Positions 9,814 to 18,819 of a DNA stretch of 64,000 nucleotides are shown here, piece by piece; the first letter of the stretch is position 1; every line of letters starts with the position of its first letter. Source of the DNA: Oceanispirochaeta sp. (GTDB lineage: Bacteria > Spirochaetota > Spirochaetia > DSM-2461); the NCBI GenBank assembly GCA_963663385.2, contig CAXXXD010000004.1, positions 160,001 to 224,000 on the forward strand, given 5' to 3'. A program made the position numbers and the translations under genes. Below the pieces are notes generated by a model. The model was not told where the DNA came from. It saw nothing but the letters and a program-made list of their open reading frames with translations, and did not search any database.

Positions 9814-10182
9814 TTAAACCGATAATCCAAGATACCGGGAGCATATATCCAGAGTCTTCCGGGTGATAACAGGAGCAGCCAGAAGAGCAAGTTCGTCGGC
9901 ATTCTTATTCTCAATCCCCAGGCTTTCCAGAAGGGTTCGGAAAAGGGCGCGGTTTCTATTTGCTTTACTGGCAACCGCTTTGCCCTCCCCGGTCAGTGTG
10001 ATGCTGCTGCGGGTGCTTTTCTCAATGAATCCCTTTTCCATCAGTTTCCGCATCCTCACGCAGACAGTCGGTTTGGAAACATTTTTATACCGGGCAATGT
10101 CGACAGATCGAACATTGCCGGTTGTTTGGGAGAGGATATAAATAGCTTCCAGGTATTCAAGATTGGCTGAATTCTGTTTCAT
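9814..10182 (-). CDS. DtxR/MntR-family transcriptional regulator, metal site apparently degenerate
   Basis: EYLEAIYIL...VRSVDIA...VSKPTV...L..KGFI...ITLT.EG winged HTH; start at ATG 10182 after AAGGA. Confidence 0.8.
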   Translation of the reverse strand: MKQNSANLEYLEAIYILSQTTGNVRSVDIARYKNVSKPTVCVRMRKLMEKGFIEKSTRSSITLTGEGKAVASKANRNRALFRTLLESLGIENKNADELALLAAPVITRKTLDICSRYLGLSV

Positions 10183-10428
10183 AGACGATTCCTTCTTTGT
10201 GGTTTCACTTCTAAAAACGAATAGCACGGTGAATTATTTATAATTCCCGGAATCTTTCTGAAATAAAAATAATCATCTGAGACTTATTTACAATTTTCAA
10301 TATAACAATTATGTTCTTTTAAGACAGAACTTATTGTTCATTATTTAATTGTGTAATAAAGCCGGATTATCATAACGAATGGTTTTCAGCAGTTGAATTG
10401 CAACTTGTTATAGAACTAGGAGGTTTCT

Positions 10429-11010
10429 ATGAAAAAATATGTTATATTTATGGTATTGGCCCTGGTCATCCCGGGCTCAATTGTGGCGCAATCCCTCTAT
10501 TTCGATATTGGTCTGGGTGCCGGAAACGCAATAACCGAGATCGACGGTGAAGATGTCGCCGATTCTCTCGGATCATCCATAGATGATATAGGTGTTGATT
10601 TCAGTGTGAAACTGGGCGTGGGTCCTGTATTCAACGTCCCTCTTTACATTGTCGGTGATTTTGGCGGTATAGGACATCGTCTGTACGATGATTATAACTA
10701 TCTGCAGTTCAATTCTTACCTGATAGGTCCCGGTATTGTATTTTATCCCATTCCCCTTATACAGATAGGGGCATCCTTCGGTTACTCCTTTGTTGCAAAT
10801 GATACAGATTTACCGGTGGAGATGTACGATAGTGAAGGCGGTTATGCCGGTAATGTTTCCATTGCATTCGACTTTGGAGCAGAGAAAAACGGCTGTCTTC
10901 TGGGTGTAAAATATGCATTTGCCGAGAACACTCTGGAGGTCTCCGAGGCTGAACAGAAATCCACAGCACTGACTTTTATGATAAAGTATGCTTACAGGCA
11001 GAAACTGTAA
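10429..11010 (+). CDS. Secreted small outer-membrane beta-barrel-like protein
   Basis: Sec signal peptide, alternating Gly/aromatic beta-strands, aromatic-rich C-terminal strand (IKYAY); AGGAGG RBS. Confidence 0.6.
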   Translation: MKKYVIFMVLALVIPGSIVAQSLYFDIGLGAGNAITEIDGEDVADSLGSSIDDIGVDFSVKLGVGPVFNVPLYIVGDFGGIGHRLYDDYNYLQFNSYLIGPGIVFYPIPLIQIGASFGYSFVANDTDLPVEMYDSEGGYAGNVSIAFDFGAEKNGCLLGVKYAFAENTLEVSEAEQKSTALTFMIKYAYRQKL

Positions 11011-11040
11011 AACCGGAATAGAGAAATAAACCGGTATTAT

Positions 11041-11071
11041 ATACTGAAGGTAAATCGCCTTCAGTATTTTT
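11041..11071 (+). terminator. Putative intrinsic terminator between convergent genes
   Basis: ATACTGAAGG-N7-CCTTCAGTAT stem followed by a T-run. Confidence 0.65.
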
Positions 11072-11091
11072 AACAATAATGGGGAATCCAT

Positions 11092-11526
11092 TCAAAATGA
11101 ATGGCGGTTACGCAATACCAGGTTCGCTATACGGCGCATGGAAAGATTCCATATAAACATGGTTAATGCAGCGATGCTTTTTGAAACGATATAGTGTACA
11201 GAAAGATATTTTAATCCGAAAGATAATATAAGAGTGTGAATCCCGGCGGCGATTAGGGCAATTAATATAAATAGGGCTGTTTCGGTTCCGATACAGCTGC
11301 CGGGAACAGGAGGGAAGAACCAGAACCGGCCTGCCACATGGATAAAGATCAATCCCGAGACCATTCCAATTGTTCCGGCTGTCAGCACGTTTACTTTGCT
11401 AACTTCGACCAGCAGGAATAATATCCCATAATCCAGGACTGTTCAGGTAAGGCTGGAAATCCCTGCCCTGGTCATCTGGATACGCTTTTGATCATGATGG
11501 CCCCAAAAGAAATCTGTCAGCTTCAT
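11092..11526 (-). pseudogene. GtrA-family membrane protein interrupted by an in-frame TGA
   Basis: From ATG 11526: MKLTDFFWGHHDQKRIQMTRAGISSLT*TVLDYGILFLLVEV...HYIVSKSIA...FIWNLSMRR; the TGA at 11443-11445 is in frame with the 11092-11388 ORF. Confidence 0.7.
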
Positions 11527-11585
11527 AATAGTTTTTGAATTGTCCGATATCATTCAGGTTAAGTCAACTGCTAAAGCTGTGCTCC

Positions 11586-11924
11586 TCAACGGCGGCTCAT
11601 TCGGGACAGTTTCACTTTCTTTCCAAAAGCAAAAAGGCAGAAGATTAATCCCAGGAGAGGAAGGCCGTAATAGTAAAAGTAGTCGTAATAGGAAGATGAT
11701 GTTAGTGCAACCGATATTATCACCCCAATCAATATCATGGCAATTCCCGCAAGCAGCACTCTGTTCATGGATAAGCCTTTGCTTCGGAACACTTCTTTAT
11801 AAACTTCTTCTGCTGTCTCTTCGGACAGATCCCATTCTGAGCACTTTTTTAGTATTTCATTTTTCGGTTTTTTTATAATATTAAGCTCAATATACCGACA
11901 GGCCTTTGATTTCATTTTATCCAT
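11586..11924 (-). CDS. Hypothetical membrane protein (two C-terminal TM segments)
   Basis: 112-aa ORF with GGAG RBS, 10 bp after the upstream gene. Confidence 0.6.
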   Translation of the reverse strand: MDKMKSKACRYIELNIIKKPKNEILKKCSEWDLSEETAEEVYKEVFRSKGLSMNRVLLAGIAMILIGVIISVALTSSSYYDYFYYYGLPLLGLIFCLFAFGKKVKLSRMSRR

Positions 11925-11934
11925 TATCCGCTCC

Positions 11935-12693
11935 CTACTTCTGGAATATCCGGCTTACAGTCCTTCCGCACAGGTAAGCTGCATTGGTCATGACTTTTTT
12001 GTTTGAAAGCAGCCAGTATCCCGAACCAGCCTCCTGAACGATTGTTGTTTCATACAGGAGCTCATCCGCCTTCCGGATCTTCACATCCAGTTCAATCGAT
12101 CCCTTTCCCATCAAACCGGCTGTCATATACTGAAGAAAACGGTTCCCAATATCCGCTTTCAGAATCTCACCTCCAATTGTGACGGTAGATTCATTTACTT
12201 TTCTATCGGAAACATCGTACTTTCTTCTTTTCAGAAAATATTTGATCCCGTCTTTGAAAATAGATGGTAACTCACCTCCGCTGAACCTGTCTCCTACATC
12301 AACAAGGTCCATATCAACAGCAAATTCCTCTATAACAATCGAATCAGAAACTGTGGAACGGGAGATGATGTTTTCTCCTCCACCGGACCTGAACCCTTCC
12401 GAAGCGTCTTCCGCTCCGGGGATGTTTTCTGCATCAAATTTGCCATAGGCAATACGCTGAATCAAACGGAAAAGGCATAGGTATAAATAGACCATCAACG
12501 CAAAAGAGGCAAACCCAAGCAATTCTCCTTTATATTGAAAAATACCCGTTTCTTCCGAAGGGATAATCATTATCACAGCGGCCAGAACCCAAAGAATAAG
12601 GGTGAAAATCCCGGTTATTCTCTGATTTCTGATGAGTTTTTTTCTTCTTCTGTACTGACGTTCCGGTTTTGACATTTTCATGATCTTCTCCAT
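11935..12693 (-). CDS. Hypothetical membrane protein with DUF4410-like C-terminal domain
   Basis: Two N-terminal TM; C-terminal I.GEI...D.GNRFLQYM.AG..GKGSIELDV pattern. Confidence 0.55.
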   Translation of the reverse strand: MEKIMKMSKPERQYRRRKKLIRNQRITGIFTLILWVLAAVIMIIPSEETGIFQYKGELLGFASFALMVYLYLCLFRLIQRIAYGKFDAENIPGAEDASEGFRSGGGENIISRSTVSDSIVIEEFAVDMDLVDVGDRFSGGELPSIFKDGIKYFLKRRKYDVSDRKVNESTVTIGGEILKADIGNRFLQYMTAGLMGKGSIELDVKIRKADELLYETTIVQEAGSGYWLLSNKKVMTNAAYLCGRTVSRIFQK

Positions 12694-12966
12694 TTTTCTG
12701 ACTCTTTGACCGTTTCATTACTGTACCAGGAATCCATCCGGAATAGACTGCACAACCATAATCGGGGCTCGGAGGCTTGAGGTCTAATAATTCTTATTGA
12801 AGAACTCATTATATTACAGGATTTTAACGCAATCAATAATAATCGTTCGTTATCTTACATGAGTGGGTGATCTGTTATGTGCGGCATGACTCAGAAGTTT
12901 AAACAATCCTGATATCATAACCGCTCAGACAGTAGCCCCCTCTGCCAAGGCCCTGTCGTTCTGAGT

Positions 12967-14373
12967 CTATAATTCTCCGGCAGCTGTAGCCGTCTGTCCT
13001 GCAATCCTGCCGAATACGATACAGCTGGTTACAGCACAGCTTCCCAGACGGCAGGCTCCATGAACCCCGCCTGTTATCTCTCCTGCGGCATAGAGCCCCG
13101 GAATGGCTTTCTGATTCAGGTCCAGAACACGGGCAGAGGTATCGATATGCACTCCTCCCATTGTATAGTGAACCTTGGGCCATACCCTCATGGCATAGTA
13201 GGGGAGTGTCTGAATGGGGAGGGCGTCATCGGGCATTTTTCTTCCAAAACGGTCCTTTATTTTCGATCCAGTAATATTATTGAACTCTGATAGGGTTGCC
13301 GCGAGCCCTTGCAGGGGAATACCGTATTCTCCTGCAAGGGTTTCAAGGGTGTTGAAGGTTTTGACAACCCCCTTGCTGACGGCCCTGCTGATATCCCATC
13401 CCGTATGCCTTACGGCAGCTTCATCACTGATGCAGAGGCAGGGCTTTCCCGCAGCAAGGATGGCATCCGAGAGGATCTTCCGGTCCGACTGTTCATTGAT
13501 AAAACGCTCCCCCGTTTCCGGATGGATTAGTATGCCGTAGATAAATCCGGTATAGTCCGTAAAAAGCGGACCGTGCCCCATCCCTTTTTCATCCGGTGAC
13601 GCCCAGGGTCCAAGCTGTATATGGGACAGCTGTACAGGCGCAGCTCCCTTTCTCATGGCTTCTTTTAACAGTCCGGCCGTGGCAAAGGGCTTGTTGGTTG
13701 TATCGATCTCTCTGTTCAACCGGGGATCCTGGACCATCCGGAAAGGGATATCCGCTCCAAACCCACCTCCTGCCAGGATAACTCCTTTTCCAGCTTCAAT
13801 CCGGAACGTCTCGGTACCCCTGTCCTCTTTAAAGTTATAGGAGGATGAAACGAGAACGCCGCTAATTCGGCCTTTCTCAAGGATCAGTTCTTTAACGCAG
13901 TGACCGTATTCTACAGTTACTTTCAGTTCTTTCAGTCTGTTCAGCATGGGTTTTATAATGGTCGCCCCTGTCACCCCGGCGGCTCCGTGACTGCGGGCTG
14001 TACTGTGACCGCCGAACAGGTCCACCCTGTCCATAAACTCAACACCGAGATCTTCTGTCAGCCAGAGGTAGGCTTCCCCGGCATGGTCTGTCAGTGTTCT
14101 GACCAGTTCCGGATGATTCAGTCCAAGGCCGGCTTTCATCATATCCCGGTAAAACAGGTCGGCCGAATCCTCAATCCCGTGCCTTTTCTGCAGGGGACTC
14201 TCCGCTACAGCCATACCCCCGTCGCTTATAATGGAGTTTCCACCGGCAGCTTTCATCTTTTCCAGAACCAGTACGGAGGCCCCGGCAGTTGCCGCTTCGA
14301 TAGCAGCGGCCAGACCGGCAAACCCTGTTCCCACAACAATAATGTCATAGCTTTTATTAATCATGGACTCCAT
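12967..14373 (-). CDS. Flavocytochrome c / fumarate-reductase-flavoprotein family enoate reductase, no signal peptide
   Basis: GTGFAGLAAA FAD motif, GGNS, FGGHS, VHYTMGG, GLYAAGE..GGVHGACRLG; the fumarate-binding His position is replaced (IQLGPW). Confidence 0.88.
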   Translation of the reverse strand: MESMINKSYDIIVVGTGFAGLAAAIEAATAGASVLVLEKMKAAGGNSIISDGGMAVAESPLQKRHGIEDSADLFYRDMMKAGLGLNHPELVRTLTDHAGEAYLWLTEDLGVEFMDRVDLFGGHSTARSHGAAGVTGATIIKPMLNRLKELKVTVEYGHCVKELILEKGRISGVLVSSSYNFKEDRGTETFRIEAGKGVILAGGGFGADIPFRMVQDPRLNREIDTTNKPFATAGLLKEAMRKGAAPVQLSHIQLGPWASPDEKGMGHGPLFTDYTGFIYGILIHPETGERFINEQSDRKILSDAILAAGKPCLCISDEAAVRHTGWDISRAVSKGVVKTFNTLETLAGEYGIPLQGLAATLSEFNNITGSKIKDRFGRKMPDDALPIQTLPYYAMRVWPKVHYTMGGVHIDTSARVLDLNQKAIPGLYAAGEITGGVHGACRLGSCAVTSCIVFGRIAGQTATAAGEL

Positions 14374-14414
14374 TATAGCCCCGGATTGTGTTTGGGGGAT
14401 ACCGGTTTAACCGG

Positions 14415-15026
14415 TTATTCCCGTATCAGGGGCACAAAGGAAAAACCGTAAAACTCCTCTTTCACAATCCCCTGTCCGGTCCGGTTGAATTTCCAGATGG
14501 AATGGTCCACCGGAATGACAAGTCTTCCACCGGGATTCAGCTGTTCTATCAGTTCTTCGGGGAAACAGGGGGCTGCGGCGGAAACAAGGATCCGGTCATA
14601 TACTGTTCCGGGATTGCCCAGGGCCGTTCCAGCCCGGGTAATCCGGGCCCACGGGAAGGAGTACTGTCTGAGGTTGCTGCTCCCGAATTCCACCAGTTCC
14701 GGACATCTCTCCAGTCCCAGTACAGTTCCGTCCGGACCGGTCAGTTTCGCCAGAAGAGCGGTCGTCCATCCCGATCCGGAACCGATGTCCAGAACTGCCT
14801 GACCGGGCAGGACATTCAGCAGATCCAGCATAAATGCCACTGTAAAGGGCTGGCTTATGGTCTGCCCGAACCCGATGGGCAGAGGGCCGTCGAAGTATGC
14901 CGCTACAGCATATTCGGGAAGGATGAAATCTGCCCGGTCTACTTCCCGTATGGCCTCTGCCACGGCCGGGTTTTCCAGAACCTGCCGGTCTTTCAGATAG
15001 ATAACGAGTTTTTCCAGGGATGTCAT
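14415..15026 (-). CDS. pcm: Protein-L-isoaspartate O-methyltransferase
   Basis: D.PLPIGFGQTISQP, VLDIGSGSGWTTALLA, YDRILVSAAA, QLNPGGRLVIP, FSFVPL. Confidence 0.92.
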   Translation of the reverse strand: MTSLEKLVIYLKDRQVLENPAVAEAIREVDRADFILPEYAVAAYFDGPLPIGFGQTISQPFTVAFMLDLLNVLPGQAVLDIGSGSGWTTALLAKLTGPDGTVLGLERCPELVEFGSSNLRQYSFPWARITRAGTALGNPGTVYDRILVSAAAPCFPEELIEQLNPGGRLVIPVDHSIWKFNRTGQGIVKEEFYGFSFVPLIRE

Positions 15027-15124
15027 ACAGTCTGTCCCCCTGCTTTTAAATCTAGTAGAGTTTCGTATCCCTGTCTAATAATCCCGGATTATTCAGAAGG
15101 TTCCATAACATCCCTGCAATTGCA

Positions 15125-16720
15125 TTATTTATTGTCTGCTATAATGGTTTCTCCGGCCAGTTTACCGAATACGGTAATATCAGTCAGAGCATTACCGCCC
15201 AGACGATTGGAGCCGTGAATACCGCCGACAATCTCTCCGGCCGCATAAAGACCGGGGATGACACTGCCTTCAGTACTCAGAACCCGGGTTTCTGTATCGA
15301 TAGAAAGACCGCCCATGGTATGATGAACCGCGGGGACAACTTTCTGGATGTAGAAAGGCCCGGTTTTAATTTCAGCCATTTTAGCGTTTCTGTTGAACTC
15401 TTTATCGGCTACCTTGGTGTCGGTACCGTTGTTCAGGTAATCGGCGGCGTAGCTGTTGTAGTCGGCTATTGTCTTAGCCAGACCTGCTTTGTCTATTCCA
15501 AAGAAATCCGCCGCGTCATCCAGAGTTTCCGCTTCGATCAGAACCTTGTCATCCATCAGCATCCGGTACTCTTTCCCATAAATCTCCAGAGTCCTGGCCT
15601 CATCCAGGATACTTTTATCCCATACCATGTATCCGTAGCTATCGCTCTGAGCCAGGATCATTTTGGAAACAACATCTCTCCGGTCATTCTCGTTTACGAA
15701 TCTTTTACCTTCAATGTTTACCATGGGAGCCCCGTACATCCTGGTGTCGGCTACAAAGGCAATCTTACCGGTAGTGGGGAAACAGAAGGGGTAGGTCTGG
15801 ATGTATTCCATATGAGTTGTTCCGGCTCCGATCTCTTCTGCCATAAGGATACCGCTTCCCAGATGACCGGGCGCATTGGTGGTTTTAACCCCTTCGCCAA
15901 GATCGTCTCTGTATTTCAGTCTCATATCCGCATTTCCGGCAAAACCGCCGGATGCCAGGACTATACCGTACCCTGCGTTAAATGTCAGCTCCTGACCGGA
16001 TCTGTTTTTCGCTTTTACACCGGTAACACGCCCGTCCGTATCGGTAATCAGAGAAGTAGCCTGCGTATTGACAATGACTTTTACACCCAGTTCATTGGCC
16101 TTCTCATACATCTTGTAGATCATCTGGGAACCTACTCCGCCCTTGACCACCAGGGCGCGGGCTACAGTATGGCCCCCGAAGTGTTTCTGGAAATCATCCA
16201 TAATTTCCACTTCTACAAAGTCTCTGAGCCATTCGGCAGTGGGAAGAGCCCGGTTAACCAGAACGTTTACCAGAGGTACGATACCCTTGTAGTCTCCGCC
16301 CTTCAGTGTATCTTCCTTGTAGAGTTCCCTGCTGTCTTCAATGCCCTGGGCTTTCTGTACCCAGTTTTCAGGAATGTCAAACCCTGCACCGGAGAGAGCG
16401 GTATTACCGCCGACCTTACTTTCCTGTTCCAGTATAACGACACTGGCTCCGGCGGATGCCGCAGAGACAGCTGCGGAAAAACCACCGCCGCCGGCGCCGA
16501 TAACGACTACATCAAAGCTCTGCTCTGTTTCTTTTTCGGCCTTGGGGTCGATTACTGGCAGTTTATACAGACCGGATTCATCAATGGCAGCTGATGCCTG
16601 GGAAGTGGAATCTACCGCTCCCGCTGTTTTCTCTTCGTTTGATTCCTGTGTTCTGGGGGCACATCCGGCAAACAGCAGAGCCGCCAGTACGGTGTACAGT
16701 ATCAATTTGAATCTTTTCAT
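15125..16720 (-). CDS. Lipoprotein flavocytochrome-c-type reductase (urocanate reductase UrdA-like FAD domain)
   Basis: Lipobox LLFAGC; GAGGGG FAD motif, FGGH, IQTYP, RRDV, VHHTMGG, HGSNRLGGNA; AAGGAG RBS. Confidence 0.88.
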   Translation of the reverse strand: MKRFKLILYTVLAALLFAGCAPRTQESNEEKTAGAVDSTSQASAAIDESGLYKLPVIDPKAEKETEQSFDVVVIGAGGGGFSAAVSAASAGASVVILEQESKVGGNTALSGAGFDIPENWVQKAQGIEDSRELYKEDTLKGGDYKGIVPLVNVLVNRALPTAEWLRDFVEVEIMDDFQKHFGGHTVARALVVKGGVGSQMIYKMYEKANELGVKVIVNTQATSLITDTDGRVTGVKAKNRSGQELTFNAGYGIVLASGGFAGNADMRLKYRDDLGEGVKTTNAPGHLGSGILMAEEIGAGTTHMEYIQTYPFCFPTTGKIAFVADTRMYGAPMVNIEGKRFVNENDRRDVVSKMILAQSDSYGYMVWDKSILDEARTLEIYGKEYRMLMDDKVLIEAETLDDAADFFGIDKAGLAKTIADYNSYAADYLNNGTDTKVADKEFNRNAKMAEIKTGPFYIQKVVPAVHHTMGGLSIDTETRVLSTEGSVIPGLYAAGEIVGGIHGSNRLGGNALTDITVFGKLAGETIIADNK

Positions 16721-16839
16721 TGTTTGATTTACTCCTTTTCAGGTAAAAAATATTGAACAACATTCCTGATTTATGAATTGCAGAAATAGTCCTTTCTCCG
16801 TTTTGTCTGCCAAAAATACAAATGAAGTACATTCTGATT

Positions 16840-16862
16840 TAAATAGACGAATAGTCTATTTA
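16840..16862. promoter_or_regulatory. Inverted-repeat operator, putative AcuR site 1
   Basis: Perfect TAAATAGAC-GAATA-GTCTATTTA between the divergent reductase and acuR genes. Confidence 0.75.
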
Positions 16863-16942
16863 TTTGGCAATGGATCTACTATATACTGTCCGACAGAGTC
16901 ACTGTCAATATATTTAGTGAAAAAATTATCGATAAAGGTCAT

Positions 16943-17599
16943 ATGGATACGAATCAGAATACACCAAAGAGAAAGAGAGGCCGGCCTCCCAAGGATAAAC
17001 AGGGATACAATGAAACAAGGGAGGCTCTTATCCTCGCCGGGCTGGAATCCCTTACAGAGAAAGGGTTTGTCTCATCCAGCATTGATGAAGTGCTGAAGAA
17101 GGTATCCATTCCGAAAGGCTCGTATTATCATTACTTTCCCAGCAAGGAAGAATTCGGCAAGGAACTGATGGAAAGGTATATTTCCTATTTTGCCAATAAG
17201 CTTAGAAAGCATCTGGAGGATGAATCCCTTTCTCCCCTGGAGCGTCTGGAGTCCTTTGTCTGCAATGCAGCACGTGGAATGGAGCGTTATAACTTCAAAC
17301 GGGGATGCCTGATCGGGAACCTGGGACAGGAGATGAGCGTTATTCCGGAGAGTTTCCGGGACAGGCTCAAAGAGGGGTTTGATCTCTGGCAGGATATTGT
17401 GGCCCGGTGTCTGGAAGAAGCAAAACAGGATGGCAGAATCCATTCCGGAGCAGACTGCAGGAAGCTGGCCGAGATATTCTGGACAGGTTGGGAAGGCGCT
17501 GTGATGAGAGCAAAGATAGATCAGAGCAAAGAACCTTTATTTCAGTTTCATCGTTTTTTTCTGAATTGTATTCTGAATAATAGTGTCCCTTTTACCTAG
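16943..17599 (+). CDS. acuR: TetR-family regulator, AcuR/NemR-like
   Basis: RKRGRPPK N-terminal arm, PKGSYYHYF.SKEEFG, GCLIGNLGQE, FWTGWEGA..RAK; directly upstream of acuI. Confidence 0.8.
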   Translation: MDTNQNTPKRKRGRPPKDKQGYNETREALILAGLESLTEKGFVSSSIDEVLKKVSIPKGSYYHYFPSKEEFGKELMERYISYFANKLRKHLEDESLSPLERLESFVCNAARGMERYNFKRGCLIGNLGQEMSVIPESFRDRLKEGFDLWQDIVARCLEEAKQDGRIHSGADCRKLAEIFWTGWEGAVMRAKIDQSKEPLFQFHRFFLNCILNNSVPFT

Positions 17600-17714
17600 A
17601 GATGCTCTCTAAAGATTTGTTCTGAAGCCGCTACCGGAACCATACTCATATTCTGTAAAATAGTACGGAGCATTGCATTCTATTGATAATTCTAAATGTG
17701 AACTGTCTTGTTAT

Positions 17715-17738
17715 TGATTTAAATAGACGATTAGTCTA
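17715..17738. promoter_or_regulatory. Putative AcuR operator site 2
   Basis: TGATTTAAATAGACGATTAGTCTA, 23/24 identical to 16835-16858; core TAGAC-N5-GTCTA. Confidence 0.75.
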
Positions 17739-17838
17739 ATTTATTTGAATACGGGATAGAAAACATAAAAACGCAGAAAAAATGCTCGGCGAAATAGCTG
17801 AACTGAGCGAAATCATAACTGTTAATCAGGGAGAAAAC

Positions 17839-18819
17839 ATGTTTAAGGGAATACTTATCGAGAAAGACGGGGATCATTATTGTGCAGCCCTTAAAGATAT
17901 TGATGAAGCCGGGCTTCCTGAAGGGGATGTTACGGTCAAAGTGGAGTATTCAACCCTGAATTACAAGGATGCCCTGGCTGTTACCGGCAGGGGCCGGGTT
18001 ATACGGGATTTCCCCATGATTCCCGGTATTGATATGGCGGGAGAGGTTTTATCATCCAGCAATCCCGAATTTCAGGCGGGGGATAAGGTTCTTCTAAACG
18101 GATGGGGAGTTGGTGAGAAACATTGGGGAGGGCTGGCGGAAAAGGCCCGGGTTAAGGGGAAATGGCTGATTCCCCTTCCTTCCGGACTCTCTCCGGAAAA
18201 AGCCATGACCATCGGTACAGCCGGTTATACGGCTATGCTCTGTATTCTCGCTTTGGAGGAGAACGGCGTAACCCCGGACAACGGGGAGATACTCGTGACC
18301 GGGGCTACCGGAGGTGTGGGAAGTTTTGCTATATCCCTGCTGGCAAAAGCAGGTTTCAAAGTAGTTGCCATGACCGGAAAGAGGGATGCGGAATCCTATC
18401 TGAAAGAACTGGGCGCTGCCGAAGTGATTGACCGTGCGGAATACTCCGAACCGGGAAGACCTCTGGAGCATGAACGCTGGGCCGGTGTTGTTGATGTGGC
18501 CGGCGGTTATATTCTGGCCAATGCCTGCGCCGCTGTAAAATACGGCGGTACGGTAACAGCCTGTGGCCTGGCGGGAAGCATGGATCTGCCGGCAACTGTT
18601 GCTCCCTTTATTCTGCGGGGCGTAACTCTGGCTGGAATTGACAGCGTTATGTGTCCTGTGGAAAGAAGAAAAAAAGCCTGGTCACGCCTGGCGCTGGAAA
18701 CGGAGGACCTGGAATTCGATTTGATTGCCCGGGAGATAAGACTTGAGGATGTGCCGGATGTCTCCCGTGATCTGCTGGATGGGAAGATCACAGGAAGGCG
18801 GCTGGTGCGGATCGCTTAA
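17839..18819 (+). CDS. acuI: Acryloyl-CoA reductase AcuI (YhdH/YhfP MDR family)
   Basis: YSTLNYKDALA, PGIDMAG, GWGVGEKHWGG, IGTAGYTAMLC, VTGATGGVGS, PFILRGVTLAGIDSV; start at ATG 17839 after GGGAG. Confidence 0.88.
   Translation: MFKGILIEKDGDHYCAALKDIDEAGLPEGDVTVKVEYSTLNYKDALAVTGRGRVIRDFPMIPGIDMAGEVLSSSNPEFQAGDKVLLNGWGVGEKHWGGLAEKARVKGKWLIPLPSGLSPEKAMTIGTAGYTAMLCILALEENGVTPDNGEILVTGATGGVGSFAISLLAKAGFKVVAMTGKRDAESYLKELGAAEVIDRAEYSEPGRPLEHERWAGVVDVAGGYILANACAAVKYGGTVTACGLAGSMDLPATVAPFILRGVTLAGIDSVMCPVERRKKAWSRLALETEDLEFDLIAREIRLEDVPDVSRDLLDGKITGRRLVRIA

Noticed and set aside
15215..16594. 459-aa plus-strand ORF (also 38476-39699, 8029-8808, 6150-6920, 45781-46593, 14388-15218)
   Set aside because: Antisense shadows of well-supported genes, with no recognisable motifs
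12967..16720. Calling the two flavoproteins fumarate reductase or succinate dehydrogenase
   Set aside because: The substrate-binding His is replaced (Gly or Tyr) and there are no Fe-S or membrane-anchor subunit genes
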